Below, in pieces: positions 8,067 through 15,975 of a stretch of 34,404 nucleotides of DNA (position 1 is the stretch's first letter; every line of letters begins with the position of its first letter). The position numbers and the translations under genes are program-made. The stretch lies in the NCBI GenBank assembly GCA_046760155.1, contig JBHIDQ010000002.1, positions 1 to 34,404 of the forward strand, written 5' to 3'. The DNA is from Dehalococcoidales bacterium (lineage in GTDB: Bacteria; Chloroflexota; Dehalococcoidia; Dehalococcoidales; RBG-16-60-22). Below the pieces are notes generated by a model. That model made no database searches and was not told the origin of the DNA. It was given only the letters and a program-made list of their open reading frames with translations.

Positions 8067-9917
8067 ATGTTTGTCATAGGTACCGCTGGTCATATCGATC
8101 ACGGCAAGTCAGTTTTGGTACAGGCTCTTACTGGGATAGACCCCGACCGGCTACGCGAGGAAAAAGAGCGCGGCATGACCATTGACCTCGGTTTCGCCTG
8201 GCTTAAGCTACCCAGTGGACGGGAGGTGGGCATCGTTGATGTCCCCGGACACGAGCGATTTGTGAAGAATATGCTGGCCGGGGTGGGTGGTATTGACTTA
8301 GCCTTACTTATTGTCGCCGCCAACGAGGGAGTGATGCCACAGACCCAGGAACACTTAGCCATTTTAGACTTGCTGGAAATACGGAGAGGAATTGTGGTCA
8401 TCACCAAAAAGGACTTGGTGGACGAGGAATTGCTGAGCTTGGTCAGGATGGAGATGGAGGAGCTGCTCAGTACTACGACCTTATCTCAAGCACCCGTTGT
8501 TGCTGTCTCCGCCTTAACTGGAGAAGGTCTACCGGAATTAGTTTCGGCGATTGATGAACTCTTGGGTTCTACTGAGCCGAGGCGTGATTTCGGTCGCCCG
8601 AGACTTGCTATCGACCGGGTTTTCACCATGGCTGGCGCTGGCACCGTGGTTACCGGGACATTAATTGATGGCTCGCTCTCGGTAGGACAGGAGGTAGAGA
8701 TTGTCCCGGCAGGCTTGAAATCACGCCTGCGGGGATTACAAACGCACAAGACCCGTATCGAGACGGCCACACCGGGGAGTCGGGTGGCAGCTAATCTGGT
8801 CGGCGTTAATACCTCCCAGTTGCAACGTGGTGATGTGCTCACCAAGCCGGGCTGGCTCATACCGACGACAATGTTAACGGTTAAGCTTCACCTGCTTCAC
8901 TACTTGCTGCGCCCGTTGCGACATAGTGCCGTGGTTAGCTTTCATACTGGGGCTGCCGAGACAATGACCAAAGTCCGTCTGCTGGAGGCAGATGAACTTT
9001 CGCCGGGAAAATCTACTTGGGCTCAGTTGTTACTTGACCGACCGGTGGCGGTAGTCAAAGGGGACCATTTCATCATTCGCTCACCTATGGAAACCTTGGG
9101 TGGTGGTAAAATCATTGATTCCCACGCTAGGCGACTTCGCCGTTTTCAGCCCGATGTTATTGAGAACCTGAGGGCAAGGGAGGAAGGTACCACTGAAGAA
9201 GTCATCCTGGCGCTTCTGGAGACAAAGCAGCCTCTGGAGTTTGCCACACTTTTATCTCAATTTAACCTGACTGCCAGCGAAACTCAGTCAGCAGTTGAAT
9301 CACTTACTCAGCAGGGTAGTCTAATTAGACTGGGACAAGGAGAGCAGAGTCTGCTAATGACTGTGTCCGGCTGGGAGCGCCTGACGAAAGAAACTACCGC
9401 TATTCTCGAGGACCATCACCGAAGATTCCCGGCTCGTCCCGGGATGCCTAAAGTGGAACTGAGTAGTCGGCTAAAGCTAGGGACATACTCAGCACTTACC
9501 TTCCGAAGACTTTTTGACCAAGGTGTTATTATTGAGGATGGTGCTACAGTTCGTCTGCCCACCCATCATATCCAGCTTACCCAGGCTCAGCAGGTAAAGA
9601 TAGATACCTTTCTGCATTCCTTAGTCCAGAATCCCTACGCCCCGCCCAGTGACCTCATCCCGGAAACTGATTTACTCAACTTGCTCATTGAGCAACGCCA
9701 GGTAGTAAAGGTAAGTGACGACGTGGTTCTTGCTACTTCAGCCTATAATGAGATGGTGGAAAAAGTTACCACGTATCTCAAGGCCCATGGTAAAGTGACT
9801 CTGGCGGAAGTGCGGGATTTGTTTCAAACCAGCCGAAAGTACGCTCAGGCTTTTATGGAGTACCTAGATGGGAAAAAGATAACCCGCCGTGTCGGTGACG
9901 AGCGGGTTTTGTACTAA
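8067..9917 (+). CDS. selB: selenocysteine-specific translation elongation factor
   Basis: 616-aa ORF with G-domain motifs GHIDHGKS, DVPGHERF and TKKD, a long C-terminal winged-helix-type extension, and a position directly after selA. Confidence 0.92.
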   Translation: MFVIGTAGHIDHGKSVLVQALTGIDPDRLREEKERGMTIDLGFAWLKLPSGREVGIVDVPGHERFVKNMLAGVGGIDLALLIVAANEGVMPQTQEHLAILDLLEIRRGIVVITKKDLVDEELLSLVRMEMEELLSTTTLSQAPVVAVSALTGEGLPELVSAIDELLGSTEPRRDFGRPRLAIDRVFTMAGAGTVVTGTLIDGSLSVGQEVEIVPAGLKSRLRGLQTHKTRIETATPGSRVAANLVGVNTSQLQRGDVLTKPGWLIPTTMLTVKLHLLHYLLRPLRHSAVVSFHTGAAETMTKVRLLEADELSPGKSTWAQLLLDRPVAVVKGDHFIIRSPMETLGGGKIIDSHARRLRRFQPDVIENLRAREEGTTEEVILALLETKQPLEFATLLSQFNLTASETQSAVESLTQQGSLIRLGQGEQSLLMTVSGWERLTKETTAILEDHHRRFPARPGMPKVELSSRLKLGTYSALTFRRLFDQGVIIEDGATVRLPTHHIQLTQAQQVKIDTFLHSLVQNPYAPPSDLIPETDLLNLLIEQRQVVKVSDDVVLATSAYNEMVEKVTTYLKAHGKVTLAEVRDLFQTSRKYAQAFMEYLDGKKITRRVGDERVLY

Positions 9918-9935
9918 GAAATCTGGTTCCAGTGT

Positions 9936-10032
9936 TGGCGGGAGCGTATGGGAGTCGAACCCACCGAAGGCATGCTTAATACCCCCCAACGGATTTGAAG
10001 TCCGCGAAGCCCACCGGGACTCATCCGCTCCC
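9936..10032 (-). tRNA. selC: tRNA-Sec (anticodon UCA)
   Basis: 97 nt: GGGAGCGGAUGAGUCCCGGUGGGCUUCGCGGACUUCAAAUCCGU...GGUGGGUUCGACUCCCAUACGCUCCCGCCA. It has a UCA anticodon in a 7-nt loop, a 6-bp D-stem with a 4-nt loop, a long variable arm, a UUCGA T-loop and an encoded CCA. Confidence 0.9.
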
Positions 10033-10047
10033 TCACCTAGCAAGTCA

Positions 10048-10076
10048 AGTATATATCACTAGTCTAAAGAGTGCAA
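10048..10076 (-). promoter_or_regulatory. sigma70-like promoter for tRNA-Sec (TTGCAC-17 nt-TATACT)
   Basis: On the minus strand, -35 TTGCAC (10076-10071), a 17-nt spacer, and -10 TATACT (10053-10048), 16 nt before the tRNA 5' end. Confidence 0.45.
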
Positions 10077-10095
10077 TAAAGGGGAATGGATTTAA

Positions 10096-10116
10096 GAGAG
10101 GGACTTTGCCCTTCTC
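10096..10116. terminator. hairpin downstream of tatC, possible bidirectional terminator
   Basis: GAGAGGG-N6-(C)CCTTCTC stem. The plus strand follows it with GATGTTTTT. On the minus strand the stem has one mismatch and is followed by TTAAAT. It lies 8 nt after the tatC stop. Confidence 0.3.
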
Positions 10117-10123
10117 GATGTTT

Positions 10124-10870
10124 TTAAGATGCCACTGATGATGTCGGCTTAACCACACGGGGTTCTTTTGGTTGGACAAGTTTAGCCAGCCAGATGCTCA
10201 TCTCATAGAGGACAATTAGCGGGATGGCGACCAGGCTTTGATTTATCGGGTCAAAGGTTGGGGTGATTATCGCGGCTAGAATAAAGGCAAAGATAATAGC
10301 CGTCCTGCGCCGGTCAGAAAGCCACTTTGGCTTGAGGACTCCTAATCTGGCAAGGAATGTGGTGATTACCGGCATCTCAAAGACAAGGCCGATGGCGAGC
10401 AGCAGTCTGGTTACCACTGAGATGTAATTCCCGACCCTGATCTCGGGAGTGGCGATATCAGCACCGAAACTGGTCAAGAATCTGGTCGCCGGTGGTATCA
10501 GAATAAAGTAACCAAAGACAACACCACCCAGAAACATCAAGGCTATCCAGGGAAGGATTAAATAGACATACTTTTTTTCCTTGGAAGTAAGCGCTGGAGA
10601 GACAAACATAATGCCATGGAAGACAAGGTAAGGCATTGCCAAAATAATACCGGCGGCAAGGCACACTTTCATGATGGTGCCAATCATCTCCGTCATCTCG
10701 ATGTAGACAAGATTGATGCCTTCGGCGGGCAACTTCAAAATGTAGAATATCCAGTCGTAGAAGATGAAGGCAAGGACAGAAGCAACGGCTACGGCAATTA
10801 AACTCTTGATTAAACGGGTGCGTAATTCCAAGAGGTGACTGAGAACAGATGCCTTTTTATCATTGCTCAT
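10124..10870 (-). CDS. tatC: twin-arginine translocase subunit TatC
   Basis: 248-aa polytopic membrane ORF with about 6 hydrophobic helices, the N-terminal HLLELRTRLIKSL motif typical of TatC, and a position downstream of two TatA-family genes. Confidence 0.9.
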   Translation of the reverse strand: MSNDKKASVLSHLLELRTRLIKSLIAVAVASVLAFIFYDWIFYILKLPAEGINLVYIEMTEMIGTIMKVCLAAGIILAMPYLVFHGIMFVSPALTSKEKKYVYLILPWIALMFLGGVVFGYFILIPPATRFLTSFGADIATPEIRVGNYISVVTRLLLAIGLVFEMPVITTFLARLGVLKPKWLSDRRRTAIIFAFILAAIITPTFDPINQSLVAIPLIVLYEMSIWLAKLVQPKEPRVVKPTSSVAS

Positions 10871-10925
10871 TTTTTAGGCTTGTCTCTCTGCATAGTAAGA
10901 CTGTCTTCGCATAATAACCATATGC

Positions 10926-11177
10926 CTAACTGTTCTCTGGTTTATGGTCACTATCCTGTCTTGGCGGAGATGGGCGGTGCTTTTCTTGACTATCTGTTTC
11001 TTGGCTGTCTAATTCCTTGGTTACCTGAGAAGTGAAGTCATAGGTAGCTTTTCTCAAGGCACGGACTGTCCTGCCCAGAGTTCGGGCAATCTCGGGTAAT
11101 CTTCTCGGTCCCCATATTATCAGTATCAGAATGAGGATTAATAATACTTCTCCGAAACCTATTCCGAAAAAATCCAT
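10926..11177 (-). CDS. TatA/TatB-family twin-arginine translocase protein (TatB-like position)
   Basis: 83-aa ORF with an N-terminal FGIGFGEVLLILILILIIWGPRRLPE TM helix plus amphipathic helix, the TatA/B signature. Confidence 0.8.
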   Translation of the reverse strand: MDFFGIGFGEVLLILILILIIWGPRRLPEIARTLGRTVRALRKATYDFTSQVTKELDSQETDSQEKHRPSPPRQDSDHKPENS

Positions 11178-11279
11178 CGTTTATCTCTTTGCTGTGTCAT
11201 GTAGTCTATCTTTAATTGAATGCAGAAATAGTCTATCCTTTGCGGACTATACCCTGAATGTACCAGTAGGGAGTAAAGT

Positions 11280-11489
11280 TTAGCTTTTGGTGGTTTTCCG
11301 GCGGGTGGTTTTTTTAGGTTTTGCTTCCTCCTCTTCCTCCTCATCTTCTTCACCGCGCTGCCCTCTCTTGAACGCTCGTATGCCCTTACCGATAGCACCA
11401 CCAACTTGTGGCAGCTTACCGACACCAAAAACGATGAGGATGATTACCAGGATAAGGGCTATCTCCCATGGTCCAATGCGAAATGGCAT
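11280..11489 (-). CDS. tatA: twin-arginine translocase subunit TatA
   Basis: 69-aa ORF ([36 protein letters not shown]) with an acidic then basic tail ([14 protein letters not shown]). GGAGGGA RBS. Confidence 0.85.
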   Translation of the reverse strand: MPFRIGPWEIALILVIILIVFGVGKLPQVGGAIGKGIRAFKRGQRGEEDEEEEEEAKPKKTTRRKTTKS

Positions 11490-11540
11490 AACACGTCCCT
11501 CCTACCTGTATATTGCTTTATTATATTACCTTACTCAGTC

Positions 11541-12350
11541 TTAGTTATTAGCGTTCAGCAAACGCTCTTCACACGAGAAGACAGAGAGGCGACCGCCACG
11601 GGCGTAGCCGATTACAGTAATGCCTAGTTCGTTACCGAGCGTGATGGCCCGCTCAGTTGGTGAACCTCGCGAAACCACAATCGGGGTCTGCATTCTGGCC
11701 GCCTTGAGGAGCATTTCCGAGGAGATGCGACCAGTAGTCAATAGGATACTGTCTTGAGTTGGCAGTCCCCTCATCAAGCATTCACCCATAATTTTATCCA
11801 AAGTATTGTGCCGTCCAATATCCTCAGCGAGCACCAGTATTTGCTTGCGATTACATAGTGCGGAAGAGTGGATGCCGCCACCCAGCTGAAACAAATTCTG
11901 CTGCTGGTACAGTTGCTTCATCAACGATAACACTTCCTCCGGGGTAACCGCTAAATCTGAATCTACCCTTGACGCTTTGGTTTCAAAACTTACCCCGCTA
12001 CCACAACCCGAAGTGAGAGTGCGCTTCGTTGGTGGAGTGTACTTGGTCTTAGTCAATCTGACATCGGCGATTGGTTCGTCTTCACAGACCCGCAGACTGG
12101 CTACTTCGTTTGGATTGGCAATAATTCCTTCTGAGTACAGAAAGCCAAGGATGAGGTGAGTTAACTTGGTTGGGGTGCACAGGATAGTGGCTATTTCCTG
12201 GCCATTGATAAAGATAGTCAGGGCCATTTCACCGGGTACAGTAACGGTCTCTCGGCGCCACTCTTTGTCGGAAAAGAATTGACAGGTTACCTTCGGGGTA
12301 ACCCCGCTGGTGGATAGTTCTTCGGCTACCTTTTCCATACTACTGTGCAT
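11541..12350 (-). CDS. fdhD: formate dehydrogenase accessory sulfurtransferase FdhD
   Basis: 269-aa ORF with the GRHNTLDKIMG motif and a TSGCGSG loop at the position of the FdhD cysteine loop. The start is uncertain: ATG at 12350 or ATG at 12338. Confidence 0.85.
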   Translation of the reverse strand: MHSSMEKVAEELSTSGVTPKVTCQFFSDKEWRRETVTVPGEMALTIFINGQEIATILCTPTKLTHLILGFLYSEGIIANPNEVASLRVCEDEPIADVRLTKTKYTPPTKRTLTSGCGSGVSFETKASRVDSDLAVTPEEVLSLMKQLYQQQNLFQLGGGIHSSALCNRKQILVLAEDIGRHNTLDKIMGECLMRGLPTQDSILLTTGRISSEMLLKAARMQTPIVVSRGSPTERAITLGNELGITVIGYARGGRLSVFSCEERLLNANN

Positions 12351-12386
12351 TCCTCATCAATTGCGGTTGAAGTATCATGCGGTAAT

Positions 12387-12415
12387 ATTATACTAGGTGG
12401 TCGTTAGCTTGTCTA
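12387..12415 (-). promoter_or_regulatory. sigma70-like promoter for fdhD (TAGACA-17 nt-TATAAT)
   Basis: On the minus strand, -35 TAGACA (12415-12410), a 17-nt spacer, and -10 TATAAT (12392-12387), about 37 nt before the fdhD ATG. Confidence 0.5.
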
Positions 12416-12435
12416 ATCTTGATGGGGAATGTAGA

Positions 12436-12457
12436 CAAAAGAGGGGCTTCGCCCCTC
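12436..12457 (-). terminator. orphan intrinsic-terminator-like hairpin in the fdhD/rpsO divergent spacer
   Basis: The minus strand reads GAGGGGC-GAA-GCCCCTC (7-bp GC-rich stem) followed by TTTTG. It lies upstream of the fdhD promoter, so it terminates no annotated gene. Confidence 0.35.
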
Positions 12458-12564
12458 CCTAAAATCTCTTTCCCTCTTGCACTCAGCCACTATCAATCTG
12501 CAAGCTAAACCAAAAGAGCACCAGCCACCACCTCTTATTTAGTGGTTCCCCCTAAGGTTATTTA

Positions 12565-12593
12565 TTGTTTTGTATGGTAACATATGGTATAAT
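12565..12593 (+). promoter_or_regulatory. sigma70-like promoter for rpsO-pnp (TTGTTT-17 nt-TATAAT, TG-extended)
   Basis: -35 TTGTTT at 12565-12570, a 17-nt spacer ending in TGG, and -10 TATAAT at 12588-12593, about 48 nt upstream of the rpsO start. Confidence 0.5.
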
Positions 12594-12641
12594 TTTTTGA
12601 CTTCTAATATCGTCCCGTGATTGGGGGCAGAGAGGTGTAGT

Positions 12642-12905
12642 TTGGACAAAGAGAAAAGGACAGAGATTATCACTAAATATCAAAGCCACGAGGGAGACAC
12701 CGGTTCGACTGAGGTGCAGGTAGCTCTGCTTACCGAGAGGATAAAGCAATTAACCAGTCATATGACGGCTAATCGCCACGATTATCACTCGCAGCGAGGT
12801 TTACTCAAGCTCGTTGGGCAAAGAAGGAGGCTGCTCAAATACTTGAGCCGGGAGGACGTGGGTCGCTATAATAAGCTAATCAAACGACTTGGTCTACGCA
12901 AGTAA
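12642..12905 (+). CDS. rpsO: 30S ribosomal protein S15
   Basis: The sequence [41 protein letters not shown]...[23 protein letters not shown] is canonical S15. TTG at 12642 is preceded by GAGAGGTG. The ORF track's upstream TTG at 12621 would add an atypical extension. Confidence 0.9.
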   Translation: MDKEKRTEIITKYQSHEGDTGSTEVQVALLTERIKQLTSHMTANRHDYHSQRGLLKLVGQRRRLLKYLSREDVGRYNKLIKRLGLRK

Positions 12906-12924
12906 GGCTTTAGGGTGAGGGGAT

Positions 12925-15144
12925 ATGGCAAATTCGCAATCTTTTCAGTGTGAGGTTGGTGGCAGAAACCTCCTTATTGAGACAGGAAAGCTCGCTGGAC
13001 AGGCCAGTGGCGCGGTAACGGTTCGCTATGGAGATACAGTGGTTCTGGTGACTGTTACCGTCGCTGATGAACCACGAGAAGGGACGGACTTTCTTCCCTT
13101 AACTGTTGACTATGAAGAAAGACTATATGCCGCGGGTAAAATTCCGGGTGGTTTTATCCGCCGGGAAGGGCGCCCCAGTGAGGAAGCCATCTTAGCCTGT
13201 CGATTGGTCGATCGTCCGCTGCGGCCGCTTCTGCCCAAAGAATGGCGCCGGGATATCCAGATTGTCGCTACTGTTCTCTCCGCTGACCAGGAAAATGACC
13301 CGGACATTCTAGCGGTTATTGGTGGTTCGGCGGCACTGGCAATATCAGAAGTACCGTTTGCTGGTCCAGTGAGCGCGGTTCACGTTGGTTACATTAATGG
13401 CGAACTGGTCTTAAATCCAACCTTAGCCCAGCTTGAGGAGAGCCAGCTTGACTTTGTGGTGGCGAGCACCGGGCAAGCCATTGTCATGATCGAAGCCGGC
13501 GCCAGAGAGATTCCGGAAGAGGTTATTCCCCAAGCCATTCAATTTGGGCATGAGGCAAATCAGGAGATTATCAGGCTTCAGGAGCAGCTGCAGCAGGCTT
13601 GTGGTAAGCCCAAAGAAGAAGTCCCTAGCCAGGAGATTAACCCGGAGGTAGTTTCGGCAGTTTCGTCAGCCGTTGCGGAAAGACTATCCCAAGCACTGAT
13701 GGAACCAGATAAATCGCAGCGTGAGCAAGCGCTTTCGGCAATGAAGAAGGAGCTTGTCGAAAGTCTAGGGGAGACATTTACTGAAGAAGATATTCTGGCT
13801 GCCTTTGAAGCTAAGGCCAAGGCTGAAGTAAGGAGCAAAATTCTAAAAGGGCAGCGCCTCAATGGTCGTGACACGACCGAGGTCCGCCCAATTAGTGCTG
13901 AAGTGGGGTTATTACCTCGAACTCATGGTTCGGCACTTTTCAGTCGAGGTCAAACCCAAGTGCTGACCATTGCTACCTTGGGTTCGACTCGGCAAGAACA
14001 GCAGCTTGACGGATTGGGCATTGAGGAGACGAAGCGCTTCATCCACCATTATAATTTCCCACCCTTCTCCAGTGGTGAGGTAAAGCGTTTGGGTTCACCC
14101 GGTCGCCGTGAGATTGGGCACGGTGCCCTCGCGGAACGTGCCCTGGTACCAGTGCTGCCTAAAGACGAGGACTTTCCTTATACTATTCGCCTCGTTTCCG
14201 AGGTCTTGAGCTCCAGTGGCAGCACCTCTATGGCTAGTGTTTGTGCTGGCAGCCTTTCATTAATGGATGCTGGCATACCGATCAAGACCGCCGTTGCCGG
14301 GGTAGCCATGGGTTTGGTTATCGATGATAATGGTGACTATGCGATTTTAACTGATATTGAGGGTTTAGAGGATGCCTATGGTGATATGGACTTTAAAATC
14401 GCTGGCACTAAAGAAGGCATTACGGCACTCCAGATGGATATTAAGCTCAAGGGTATCAGCCTAGAAATTTTGCAAAAGATAATAAATCAGAGCCGAGAGG
14501 CTCGGCTATTTATTCTGGATAAAATGAACCAAACCATCAGTTCCAGCCGACCTGAAGTCAGCCACTACGCGCCGCGAATGTATAAAATAATGATTGACCC
14601 GGAAAAGATTGGCAATGTCATTGGCGCGGGCGGTAAAACAATCAGGTCAATTATTGATGAAACCAAGACTACTATTGATATCAATAATGATGGCGTCGTA
14701 CTTATCGGCTCAACTGATGCTGAAGCTGCCCGCCGTGCCATTGCAATGATCGAAAGTCTAACTAAAGAGGTGGAGGTTGGTGAGGTCTATACGGGAAAGG
14801 TAAGCCGTATCTTTGATTTTGGTGCCATGGTTGAGGTCCTCCCCGGTAAAGAGGGCTTGGTTCACATCAGTGAACTGGCTGACTATCGGGTAGGCAGAGT
14901 TGAGGATGTGGTTAAAGTGGGCGACGAGATTACGGTTAAGGTAATTAACATTGATAATCTGGGCAGGATAAATCTGTCACGGCGGGCCGTCTTTGAAAAC
15001 CTTTCTCAAATACCTGGAGCCAGGGTGAGGGATTCATCAGGGGCGGGACGTTCCTTTAAAAGAGGTACCGGATCTTATTCACAACGCCGCAACCTACCGA
15101 GGAATAGACCACGTCAGACAGGAAGCACCTTTAGGGGTCGCTAG
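12925..15144 (+). CDS. pnp: polyribonucleotide nucleotidyltransferase (PNPase)
   Basis: 739-aa ORF with two RNase PH-like domains, a KH domain (IGNVIGAGGKTIRSI) and an S1 domain (GEVYTGKVSRIFDFGAMVEV), directly after rpsO. It carries an Arg-rich C-terminal tail. Confidence 0.95.
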   Translation: MANSQSFQCEVGGRNLLIETGKLAGQASGAVTVRYGDTVVLVTVTVADEPREGTDFLPLTVDYEERLYAAGKIPGGFIRREGRPSEEAILACRLVDRPLRPLLPKEWRRDIQIVATVLSADQENDPDILAVIGGSAALAISEVPFAGPVSAVHVGYINGELVLNPTLAQLEESQLDFVVASTGQAIVMIEAGAREIPEEVIPQAIQFGHEANQEIIRLQEQLQQACGKPKEEVPSQEINPEVVSAVSSAVAERLSQALMEPDKSQREQALSAMKKELVESLGETFTEEDILAAFEAKAKAEVRSKILKGQRLNGRDTTEVRPISAEVGLLPRTHGSALFSRGQTQVLTIATLGSTRQEQQLDGLGIEETKRFIHHYNFPPFSSGEVKRLGSPGRREIGHGALAERALVPVLPKDEDFPYTIRLVSEVLSSSGSTSMASVCAGSLSLMDAGIPIKTAVAGVAMGLVIDDNGDYAILTDIEGLEDAYGDMDFKIAGTKEGITALQMDIKLKGISLEILQKIINQSREARLFILDKMNQTISSSRPEVSHYAPRMYKIMIDPEKIGNVIGAGGKTIRSIIDETKTTIDINNDGVVLIGSTDAEAARRAIAMIESLTKEVEVGEVYTGKVSRIFDFGAMVEVLPGKEGLVHISELADYRVGRVEDVVKVGDEITVKVINIDNLGRINLSRRAVFENLSQIPGARVRDSSGAGRSFKRGTGSYSQRRNLPRNRPRQTGSTFRGR

Positions 15145-15179
15145 GAATCTTTTCCGTACTAATTAGTGAGGGTTGAGTT

Positions 15180-15968
15180 ATGCAACCAATTAAAGTAGTT
15201 GTTCATGGAGCATCAGGAAGGGTGGGGCAGGAGGTGTTTAAAGCGGTATGCCGTGAGTCAGAAATGCAGTTAGTTGGCGCTGTGGACCTTAAGGTGGCTC
15301 AGGATTCCTTGACTCTACCTGATGGCTCGGGCTCGGTTCCCTTTTCTGCCGACTTGGGCTATATTCTCACCAGTTGCCATCCTGATGTCCTGGTGGATTT
15401 CACCATTGCTCAGGCGACCATGTCGGCAGTGCGTCTTGCCACTGAAAAGGGGGTTAATCTGGTAATCGGCACTACCGGGTTAACCAAGGATGAGCTTAGT
15501 GAGATTGACCGTCTAGCCAAAGCGAATAAGGTTGGTGCGGTGGTGGCGCCAAATTTTGCCCTTGGTGCTGTCTTAATGATACACTTGGCTAAGACAGCTG
15601 CCAAGTACCTTGATTATGCCGAAATTATTGAGCTACACCACCACCTGAAAGTCGATGCTCCTTCCGGAACGGCTCTGGCTACTGCCAAGGCGATGGCGGC
15701 GGCCAGAGGTAAGCCGTTTCTCCAGCCAGCGGGGAAGGCCTCAAACAGTCGGGGGGAGGTAGTAGAAGGGGCAACTATTCATAGCGTCCGCCTGCCTGGT
15801 CTGATGGCACATCAGGAAGTAATTCTGGGCGGGCCGGGACAAACGGTAAGCATCCGCCATGATACCATTAACCGGGAATGCTATATGCCCGGGGTGATGT
15901 TGGCGATTAGGGAAGTGGTTAAGCGTCAGGGACTCACCTACGGTTTGGATACTTTGCTTGGTTTGTGA
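15180..15968 (+). CDS. dapB: 4-hydroxy-tetrahydrodipicolinate reductase
   Basis: 262-aa ORF with the N-terminal GASGRVGQ NAD(P)-binding loop and the ELHHHLKVDAPSGTA motif typical of DapB. Confidence 0.9.
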   Translation: MQPIKVVVHGASGRVGQEVFKAVCRESEMQLVGAVDLKVAQDSLTLPDGSGSVPFSADLGYILTSCHPDVLVDFTIAQATMSAVRLATEKGVNLVIGTTGLTKDELSEIDRLAKANKVGAVVAPNFALGAVLMIHLAKTAAKYLDYAEIIELHHHLKVDAPSGTALATAKAMAAARGKPFLQPAGKASNSRGEVVEGATIHSVRLPGLMAHQEVILGGPGQTVSIRHDTINRECYMPGVMLAIREVVKRQGLTYGLDTLLGL

Positions 15969-15975
15969 GAAGGCA

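Noticed and set aside
11159-11428. 89-aa minus-strand ORF overlapping the tatA 3' half and the tatA/tatB spacer
   Set aside because: It is an alternative frame of the tatA acidic/basic tail, with no RBS and no recognisable domain.
12423-12509. 28-codon plus-strand ORF (MGNVDKRGASPLPK...) in the fdhD/rpsO spacer
   Set aside because: It has no RBS, it runs through the hairpin, and its composition is not protein-like.
12351-12641. Molybdenum-cofactor (Moco) riboswitch or S15-binding leader in the large fdhD/rpsO intergenic region
   Set aside because: The predicted fdhD promoter leaves only about 37 nt of leader, too short for a Moco aptamer, and I could not recognise the Moco consensus by eye. 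The rpsO leader (about 42 nt) shows only a trivial CCC/GGG hairpin. An Infernal scan is needed.
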